DNA from: a virus
Lineage: Duplodnaviria > Heunggongvirae > Uroviricota > Caudoviricetes
Length of the DNA: 5,680 nucleotides
Reading direction: 5' to 3' (one strand)
Virus record (IMG/VR): IMGVR_UViG_2740892041_000010
Span: 1 to 5,680 of that record
Position 1 is the stretch's first letter. Each line of letters opens with the position of its first letter. The position numbers were made by a program, and so were the translations under genes. Shown here one piece after another: positions 1 to 5,680 of the stretch. Below the pieces are notes generated by a model that saw nothing but the letters and a program-made list of their open reading frames with translations, made no database searches and was not told where the DNA came from.

Positions 1-34
1 GCTTCCGTGGCGCATAGCACTGCCAGCTGAATAA

Positions 35-190
35 CACATCCCCGTCAATACGGCCCTCGCTGTACGCTTACTTTTTTGGCGCCCGCCTGGTATTAACAGA
101 AAAATCAGAGTGGTGTGTCGAACGTGGTCAGCGACAGAACATATCACCTATACCGATTTTTCGTGTCAGTTTGACGAAGTGGTGATCTGA
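35..190 (+). pseudogene. 3' remnant of a tail-tip protein M-like gene, apparently disrupted or truncated
   Basis: The frame ending at TGA 188..190 overlaps the L start (TGATG), as the M-L junction does in lambda. Its last ~39 codons (LFWRPPGINRKIRVVCRTWSATEHITYTDFSCQFDEVVI) resemble my recollection of the lambda M C-terminus only loosely (about a third of positions). There is an in-frame TAA at 32..34 and no ATG or TTG between 35 and 188, only GTG at 110 and 113. All three + frames have stops within the first 34 nt. Confidence 0.35.
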
Positions 191-888
191 TGCAGGACAT
201 ACAACAGGAAACGCTGAATGAATGCATTCGTGCGGAGCAGTCGGCCAGCGTGGTGCTCTGGGAAATCGACCTGACCGAGGTAGGCGGGGATCGCTACTTT
301 TTCTGCAATGAGCAGAACGAGAAAGGAGAGTCTGTCACCTGGCAGAGTCGGCAGTATCAGGCCTATCCCATTCAGGGGAGTGGATTTGAGATGAACGGCA
401 AAGGTGCCAGTGCAAGGCCAACGCTGAAAGTCTCTAATCTGCACGGCATGGTCACCGGGATGGCGGAAGACCTGCAGAGTCTGGTCGGCGGAACGGTGGT
501 CAGGCGTAAGGTTTACGCCCGTTTTCTGGATGCGGTGAACTTCGTCAACGGAAACAGTGACGCCGATCCGGAGCAGGAGGTGATCAGCCGCTGGCGTATT
601 GAGCAGTGCAGCGAACTGAGCGCGGTCAGTGCCTCCTTTGTACTGTCCACGCCGACGGAAACGGACGGCGCTGTTTTTCCGGGGCGCATCATGCTTGCTA
701 ATACCTGCACCTGGACCTATCGCGGTGATGAGTGCGGTTATCACGGTCCGGCGGTCGCGGATGAATATGACCAGCCGACATCCGAAATCACGAAGGATAA
801 ATGCAGCAAATGCCTGAGTGGCTGTAAGTTCCGCAATAATGTCGGCAACTTTGGCGGCTTCCTTTCCATTAACAAACTTTCGCAGTAA
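190..888 (+). CDS. L: Tail tip protein L (lambda gpL family, putative Fe-S cluster-binding tail tip component)
   Basis: Complete 232-codon ORF, ATG 190 to TAA 886..888. The translation (MQDIQQETLNEC...FGGFLSINKLSQ) matches lambda gpL over its full length as I recall it. It has a C-terminal cysteine cluster (C173, C182, C205, C208, C212) and its start overlaps the upstream stop (TGATG). Confidence 0.93.
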   Translation: MQDIQQETLNECIRAEQSASVVLWEIDLTEVGGDRYFFCNEQNEKGESVTWQSRQYQAYPIQGSGFEMNGKGASARPTLKVSNLHGMVTGMAEDLQSLVGGTVVRRKVYARFLDAVNFVNGNSDADPEQEVISRWRIEQCSELSAVSASFVLSTPTETDGAVFPGRIMLANTCTWTYRGDECGYHGPAVADEYDQPTSEITKDKCSKCLSGCKFRNNVGNFGGFLSINKLSQ

Positions 889-893
889 ATCCC

Positions 894-1637
894 ATGACAG
901 AGACAGAATCAGCGATTCTGGCGCACGCCCGGCGATGTGCGCCAGCGGAGTCGTGCGGCTTCGTGGTGAGAACGTCGGAAGGGGAAAGATATTTTCCCTG
1001 CGTGAATATCTCCGGTGAGCCGGAGGAGTATTTCCGGATGTCGCCGGAGGACTGGCTGCGGGCAGAGATGCAGGGTGAGATTGTGGCGCTGGTCCACAGC
1101 CACCCCGGTGGTATGCCCTGGCTGAGTGAGACCGACCGGCGGCTGCAGGTGCAGAGTGATTTGCCGTGGTGGCTGGTTTGCCGGGGAGCGATTCACAAGT
1201 TCCGCTGTGTGCCACATCTTTCCGGGCGGCGCTTTGAGCACGGGGTGACGGACTGTTACACGCTGTTCCGGGATGCTTACCATCTGGCGGGGATTGAGAT
1301 GCCGGATTTTCATCGCGGGGATGACTGGTGGCGTCACGGTCAGAATCTCTATCTGGATAATCTGGAGGCCACAGGGCTGTATCAGGTGCCGTTGTCAGCG
1401 GCGCAGCCGGGCGATGTGCTGCTGTGCTGTTTTGGTTCATCGGTGCCGAATCATGCCGCCATTTACTGTGGTGACAGCGAGCTGCTGCACCATATTCCTG
1501 AACAACTGAGTAAACGAGAGAGGTACACCGACAAATGGCAGCGACGCACACACTCCCTCTGGCGTCACCGGGCATGGCACGCATCTGCCTTTACGGGGAT
1601 TTACAACGATTTGGCCGCCGCATCGACCTTCGAGTGA
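894..1637 (+). CDS. K: Tail assembly protein K, two-domain peptidase (N-terminal JAB/MPN/JAMM metalloprotease-like, C-terminal NlpC/P60 cysteine peptidase-like)
   Basis: 247-codon ORF, ATG 894 to TGA 1635..1637, starting 6 nt after the L stop. JAMM signature H-S-H-x7-S-x2-D at 1095..1136 with an upstream Glu in an AESCG strand (948..950). NlpC/P60-like Cys in DCYTLF (1254..1256) and His in PNHAAIY (1452..1454). An alternative internal start at ATG 1038 would give 199 aa; the 5' boundary is uncertain. Confidence 0.9.
   Translation: MTETESAILAHARRCAPAESCGFVVRTSEGERYFPCVNISGEPEEYFRMSPEDWLRAEMQGEIVALVHSHPGGMPWLSETDRRLQVQSDLPWWLVCRGAIHKFRCVPHLSGRRFEHGVTDCYTLFRDAYHLAGIEMPDFHRGDDWWRHGQNLYLDNLEATGLYQVPLSAAQPGDVLLCCFGSSVPNHAAIYCGDSELLHHIPEQLSKRERYTDKWQRRTHSLWRHRAWHASAFTGIYNDLAAASTFE
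1022..1028 (+). promoter_or_regulatory. Strong SD-like motif upstream of the internal in-frame ATG (1038) of K
   Basis: GGAGGAG with a 9-nt spacer to ATG 1038..1040. It could drive an internal initiation product of K, or simply encode the E-E residues of the long form. Confidence 0.3.
1516..1524 (+). promoter_or_regulatory. Shine-Dalgarno-like element for I, embedded in K coding sequence
   Basis: GAGAGAGGT ending 11 nt upstream of ATG 1535. Confidence 0.4.
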
Positions 1638-2182
1638 AAACGGGGTCCGAAGCCATCCGGGCGCTGGCCATGCAGATCCCGGCGTTTCGTCAGAAACTGA
1701 GCGACGGCTGGTATCAGGTACGCATTGCCGGGCGTGATGCAGGTGAAACTGAATTATCAGCCCGTCTTAATGAACCGCTGGCAAATGGTGCCGTGATCCA
1801 CATTGTGCCGCGTCTGGCGGGAGCCAAAAGTGGCGGTCTTTTTCAGGCTGTGCTGGGGGCGGCGCTGATTGCGGTGGCATGGTGGAACCCTGCAGGTTGG
1901 TTGGGGGCTGCCGCAATTACAGGAATGTATGGTGCGGGGGCCAGTATGGTGCTCGGTGGTGTGGCGCAGATGCTGGCACCGAAAGCCAGAACTCCCCGTA
2001 CACAGACAACGGATAACGGCAAACAGAACACCTATTTCTCCTCACTGGATAACATGGTTGCCCAGGGCAATGTTCTGCCGGTTCTGTACGGTGAAATGCG
2101 CGTGGGGTCACGGGTGATTTCGCAGGAGATCAGCACGGCAGATGAAGGAGATGGTGGTCAGGTTGTGGTGATTGGTCGTTGA
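1535..2182 (+). CDS. I: Tail assembly protein I (lambda gpI family; N-terminal domain followed by Gly-Gly and a Gly/Ala-rich hydrophobic segment)
   Basis: 215-codon ORF, ATG 1535 to TGA 2180..2182, in the -1 frame relative to K and overlapping its 3' end by 103 nt, as in lambda. SD-like GAGAGAGGT at 1516..1524. The translation matches lambda gpI at both ends as I recall it, with a variable hydrophobic middle. Confidence 0.88.
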   Translation: MAATHTLPLASPGMARICLYGDLQRFGRRIDLRVKTGSEAIRALAMQIPAFRQKLSDGWYQVRIAGRDAGETELSARLNEPLANGAVIHIVPRLAGAKSGGLFQAVLGAALIAVAWWNPAGWLGAAAITGMYGAGASMVLGGVAQMLAPKARTPRTQTTDNGKQNTYFSSLDNMVAQGNVLPVLYGEMRVGSRVISQEISTADEGDGGQVVVIGR

Positions 2183-2200
2183 TGCAGAATGTTTTGTGTG

Positions 2201-2230
2201 AAACCGCCTCAGGGCGGTTTTGTCGTTTCT
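2201..2230 (+). terminator. Intrinsic-terminator-like hairpin in the I-J intergenic spacer (function unverified)
   Basis: Perfect 8-bp inverted repeat AAACCGCC (2201..2208) / GGCGGTTT (2213..2220) with a 4-nt loop TCAG, followed by the T-rich TGTCGTTTCT. It sits between the I stop (2182) and the J SD. Confidence 0.3.
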
Positions 2231-2234
2231 GGAG
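2231..2234 (+). promoter_or_regulatory. Shine-Dalgarno for J
   Basis: GGAG 8 nt upstream of ATG 2243. A second purine-rich GAGGA abuts the ATG. Confidence 0.5.
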
Positions 2235-2242
2235 CGTGAGGA

Positions 2243-5200
2243 ATGGGTAAAGGCAGCAGTAAGGGGCATATCCCGCGCGAAGCGAAGGACAACCTGAAAT
2301 CATCCCAGATGCTGAGCGTGATAGACGCCATCAGTGAAGGGCCGATTGAAGGTCCGGTGGATGGATTAAAAAGCGTGCTGCTGAACAGTACGCCGGTGCT
2401 GGACAGTGAGGGGAATACCAATATCTCCGGCGTCACGGTGGTGTTCCGGGCAGGTGAGCAGGAGCAGTCACCGCCGGAGGGATTTGAATCCTCCGGTTCC
2501 GAGACGGTGCTGGGTACGGAAGTGAAATATGAAACGCCGATCACCCGGACCATCACGTCGGCAAACATCGACCGTCTGCGCTTTACCTTCGGTGTACAGG
2601 CACTGGTGGAAACCACCTCAAAGGGAGACAGGAATCCGTCGGAAGTCCGCCTGCTGGTTCAGATACAGCGTAACGGTGGCTGGGTGACGGAAAAAGACAT
2701 CACCATTAAGGGCAAAACCACCTCGCAGTATCTGGCCTCGGTGGTGGTGGGTAACCTGCCGCCGCGCCCGTTTAATATCCGGATGCGCAGGATGACGCCG
2801 GACAGCACCACAGACCAGCTGCAGAACAAAACGCTCTGGTCGTCATACACCGAGATCATCGATGTGAAACAGTGCTACCCGAACACGGCACTGGTCGGCG
2901 TACAGGTGGACTCGGAGCAGTTCGGCAGCCAGCAGGTGAGCCGTAATTATCATCTTCGCGGGCGCATTCTGCAGGTGCCGTCGAACTATAACCCGCAGAC
3001 GCGGCAATACAGCGGTATCTGGGACGGAACGTTAAAACCAGCATACAGCAACAACATGGCCTGGTGTCTGTGGGATATGCTGACCCACCCGCGCTACGGC
3101 ATGGGGAAACGTCTTGGTGCGGCGGATGTGGACAAATGGGCGCTGTATGTCATCGGCCAGTACTGCGACCAGTCAGTGCCGGACGGCTTTGGCGGCACGG
3201 AGCCGCGCATCACCTGTAATGCGTACCTGACCACACAGCGCAAGGCGTGGGATGTGCTCAGTGATTTCTGCTCGGCGATGCGCTGTATGCCGGTATGGAA
3301 CGGGCAGACGCTGACGTTCGTGCAGGACCGACAGTCGGATAAGGTGTGGACCTATAACCGCAGTAATGTGGTGATGCCGGATGATGGCGCGCCGTTCCGC
3401 TACAGCTTCAGCGCCCTGAAGGACCGCCATAATGCCGTTGAGGTGAACTGGATTGACCCGAACAACGGCTGGGAGACGGCGACAGAGCTTGTTGAAGATA
3501 CGCAGGCCATTGCCCGTTACGGTCGTAATGTCACGAAGATGGATGCCTTTGGCTGTACCAGCCGGGGGCAGGCACACCGCGCCGGGCTGTGGCTGATTAA
3601 AACGGAACTGCTGGAAACGCAGACCGTGGATTTCAGCGTGGGCGCAGAAGGGCTTCGCCATGTGCCGGGCGATGTTATTGAAATCTGCGATGATGACTAT
3701 GCCGGTATCAGCACCGGTGGTCGCGTGTTGGCGGTGAACAGCCAGACCCGGACGCTGACGCTCGACCGTGAAATCACGCTGCCATCCTCCGGTACCACGC
3801 TGATAAGCCTGGTTGACGGAAGTGGCAATCCGGTCAGCGTGGAGGTTCAGTCCGTCACCGACGGACTTAAGGTGAAAGTGAATCGGGTTCCTGACGGCGT
3901 TGCAGAATACAGTGTGTGGGGGCTGAAGTTGCCGACGTTGCGTCAGCGCCTGTTCCGCTGTGTGAGTATCCGTGAGAACGATGACGGCACGTATGCCATC
4001 ACTGCCGTGCAGCATGTACCGGAAAAAGAAGCCATCGTGGATAACGGGGCGCACTTTGACGGCGACCAGAGCGGCACGGTGAATGGTGTCACGCCGCCAG
4101 CGGTGCAGCACCTGACCGCCGAAGTCACCGCAGACAGCGGGGAATACCAGGTGCTGGCGCGCTGGGATACGCCGAAGGTGGTGAAGGGCGTGAGCTTTAT
4201 GCTTCGCCTGACCGTGGCAGCGGATGACGGCAGTGAGCGGCTGGTCAGCACGGCCCGGACGACGGAAACCACATACCGCTTCACGCAACTGGCGCCAGGG
4301 AACTACAGGCTGACAGTCCGGGCGGCAAATGCCTGGGGGCAGCAGGGCGATCCGGCATCGGTATCGTTCCGTATTGCCGCACCGGCAGCGCCGTCGCGGA
4401 TTGAGCTGACGCCGGGCTATTTTCAGATAACCGCCACGCCCCATCTTGCCGTTTATGATCCGACGGTACAGTTTGAGTTCTGGTTCTCGGAAAAGCGGAT
4501 TGCGGATATCAGGCAGGTTGAAACCACAGCCCGCTATCTTGGCACGGCGCTGTACTGGATAGCTGCCAGTATCAATATCAAACCGGGCCATGATTATTAT
4601 TTTTACATCCGCAGTGTGAACACCGTTGGCAAATCGGCATTTGTGGAGGCTGTTGGCCAGCCGAGTGATGATGCATCCGGCTATCTGGATTTTTTCAAAG
4701 GAGAGATAGGGAAAACCCATCTGGCTCAGGAGCTGTGGACGCAGATTGATAACGGTCAGCTTGCGCCTGACCTGGCTGAAATCAGGACGTCCATTACGGA
4801 TGTCAGCAATGAAATCACGCAGACCGTCAATAAGAAACTGGAAGACCAGAGTGCGGCAATTCAGCAGATACAGAAGGTTCAGGTTGATACAAATAATAAC
4901 CTGAACAGCATGTGGGCTGTGAAGCTGCAGCAGATGCAGGACGGACGCCTTTATATCGCGGGTATTGGTGCCGGTATTGAGAACACCCCTGACGGCATGC
5001 AGAGTCAGGTGCTGCTGGCGGCGGACAGGATTGCGATGGTTAATCCTGCGAATGGCAACACAAAGCCGATGTTTGTTGGTCAGGGCGATCAGATATTCAT
5101 GAACGAAGTGTTCCTGAAATATCTGACGGCTCCCACCATTACCAGCGGCGGTAATCCTCCGGCATTTTCCCTGACACCGGACGGGCGGCTGACGGCGAAA

Positions 5201-5680
5201 AATGCCGATATCAGCGGTAGCGTGAATGCGAACTCCGGGACGCTCAACAACGTCACGATTAACGAGAACTGTCGGGTTCTGGGAAAACTGTCCGCGAACC
5301 AGATTGAAGGCGATCTCGTTAAAACAGTGGGCAAAGCTTTCCCCCGGGACTCCCGTGCACCGGAGCGGTGGCCATCAGGAACCATTACCGTCAGGGTTTA
5401 TGACGATCAGCCGTTTGACCGGCAAATTGTTATTCCAGCGGTGGCTTTCAGCGGTGCCAGACATGAACGGGAGAATAGCGATACTTATTCGTCATGCCGC
5501 CTGATAGTGAAGAAAAACGGGGCTGAAATTTATAACCGAACGGCTCTGGATAATACTCTGATTTACACGGGTGTTATTGATATGCCTGCAGGCAGTGGCG
5601 TAATGACACTGGAGTTTTCTGTATCAGCATGGTGGGTAAATGGCTGGTATCCCACAGCAAGTATCAGCGATTTGCTGGTT
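2243..5680 (+). CDS. J: Central tail fibre / host specificity protein J (tail tip attachment protein), 3' end beyond window
   Basis: Open frame from ATG 2243 (GGAG at 2231..2234, 8 nt spacer) to the window end: 1146 codons with no stop. It is absent from the ORF track presumably because it is not terminated within the window. The N-terminal ~815 codons (MGKGSSKGH...YLDFFKG) are near-identical to lambda J as I recall it. The distal part diverges from lambda but keeps recognisable J motifs ([34 protein letters not shown]). Confidence 0.93.
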   Translation, partial: MGKGSSKGHIPREAKDNLKSSQMLSVIDAISEGPIEGPVDGLKSVLLNSTPVLDSEGNTNISGVTVVFRAGEQEQSPPEGFESSGSETVLGTEVKYETPITRTITSANIDRLRFTFGVQALVETTSKGDRNPSEVRLLVQIQRNGGWVTEKDITIKGKTTSQYLASVVVGNLPPRPFNIRMRRMTPDSTTDQLQNKTLWSSYTEIIDVKQCYPNTALVGVQVDSEQFGSQQVSRNYHLRGRILQVPSNYNPQTRQYSGIWDGTLKPAYSNNMAWCLWDMLTHPRYGMGKRLGAADVDKWALYVIGQYCDQSVPDGFGGTEPRITCNAYLTTQRKAWDVLSDFCSAMRCMPVWNGQTLTFVQDRQSDKVWTYNRSNVVMPDDGAPFRYSFSALKDRHNAVEVNWIDPNNGWETATELVEDTQAIARYGRNVTKMDAFGCTSRGQAHRAGLWLIKTELLETQTVDFSVGAEGLRHVPGDVIEICDDDYAGISTGGRVLAVNSQTRTLTLDREITLPSSGTTLISLVDGSGNPVSVEVQSVTDGLKVKVNRVPDGVAEYSVWGLKLPTLRQRLFRCVSIRENDDGTYAITAVQHVPEKEAIVDNGAHFDGDQSGTVNGVTPPAVQHLTAEVTADSGEYQVLARWDTPKVVKGVSFMLRLTVAADDGSERLVSTARTTETTYRFTQLAPGNYRLTVRAANAWGQQGDPASVSFRIAAPAAPSRIELTPGYFQITATPHLAVYDPTVQFEFWFSEKRIADIRQVETTARYLGTALYWIAASINIKPGHDYYFYIRSVNTVGKSAFVEAVGQPSDDASGYLDFFKGEIGKTHLAQELWTQIDNGQLAPDLAEIRTSITDVSNEITQTVNKKLEDQSAAIQQIQKVQVDTNNNLNSMWAVKLQQMQDGRLYIAGIGAGIENTPDGMQSQVLLAADRIAMVNPANGNTKPMFVGQGDQIFMNEVFLKYLTAPTITSGGNPPAFSLTPDGRLTAKNADISGSVNANSGTLNNVTINENCRVLGKLSANQIEGDLVKTVGKAFPRDSRAPERWPSGTITVRVYDDQPFDRQIVIPAVAFSGARHERENSDTYSSCRLIVKKNGAEIYNRTALDNTLIYTGVIDMPAGSGVMTLEFSVSAWWVNGWYPTASISDLLV
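4088..4680 (+). other. Two tandem fibronectin type III-like modules within J
   Basis: Two consecutive ~100-aa segments with an FN3-like pattern (conserved Trp/Tyr, hydrophobic alternation, ...[13 protein letters not shown]... and ...[14 protein letters not shown]...). Lambda-type J proteins are known to carry FN3 repeats. Boundaries are approximate. Confidence 0.45.

Noticed and set aside
68-92. T6 run followed by the GC-rich palindrome GGCGCCCGCC as a possible terminator upstream of L
   Set aside because: The T-run precedes rather than follows the GC-rich element on the + strand, and the potential stem is very short (about 4 bp with a 2-nt loop). This is not a convincing intrinsic terminator.
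629-817. Short + strand ORFs out of frame within L, K, I and J (629..817, 818..1018, 1273..1509, 1869..2117, 5226..5504)
   Set aside because: They are alternative-frame ORFs fully embedded in strongly supported genes and have Arg/Cys-rich, low-complexity translations. There is no evidence for overlapping genes beyond the K/I overlap.
166-1584. 472-aa ORF on the minus strand spanning L and K
   Set aside because: It is antisense to two well-supported, conserved + strand genes. Its translation is low-complexity (Pro/Ala/Arg/Ser-rich), typical of the reverse frame of GC-rich coding DNA, and it has no recognisable domains or plausible start context.
1535-1637. Programmed -1 frameshift producing a K-I fusion, by analogy with lambda G/G-T
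   Set aside because: No slippery heptamer (X-XXY-YYZ) was found in the K frame of the overlap, and I has its own ATG with an SD-like element. Independent initiation explains the arrangement.
2209-2616. 135-aa minus-strand ORF across the I-J spacer and J 5' end, and other short minus-strand ORFs (513..710, 909..1337, 1843..2031, 1917..2111, 2659..2859, 2856..3044, 3943..4284, 5089..5385)
   Set aside because: All lie antisense to the L, K, I and J coding frames, with no SD or start context and low-complexity translations. They are treated as spurious.
3173-4720. 515-aa ORF on the minus strand inside J
   Set aside because: It is antisense to the highly conserved J coding region. The product is Arg/Cys/His-rich and low-complexity, consistent with a chance open frame in GC-rich sequence rather than a gene.
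1-5680. CRISPR arrays, IS elements or transposase genes, tRNA or rRNA genes, and promoters
   Set aside because: There are no direct-repeat/spacer arrays, no terminal inverted repeats flanking an ORF, and no tRNA-like cloverleaf candidates. The genes are tightly coupled, consistent with read-through from an upstream late promoter, so I do not call any promoter here.

Overview
This window is the tail-tip (distal tail) assembly module of a lambda-like siphophage or prophage, all on the + strand: a short M-like 3' remnant (35..190), L (190..888), K (894..1637), I (1535..2182, starting inside K) and a 3'-truncated J central tail fibre / host-specificity gene (2243..>5680). I recognise L, K, I and the first ~815 codons of J as very close to phage lambda from memory; no alignment was computed and no identity percentages are claimed. 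I see no clearly novel system here. The most interesting content is the K/I pair, which reads as a predicted ubiquitin-like processing module (JAB/JAMM plus NlpC/P60 peptidase beside a protein with a Gly-Gly after its N-terminal domain). Other points are an ambiguous K start, a Cys cluster in L, a hairpin between I and J, mosaic boundaries at both ends (a diverged, apparently disrupted M and a non-lambda distal J), and an AT-richer segment inside J. The long minus-strand ORFs are antisense artefacts of the + strand genes. No tRNA, rRNA, CRISPR array or IS element is evident.
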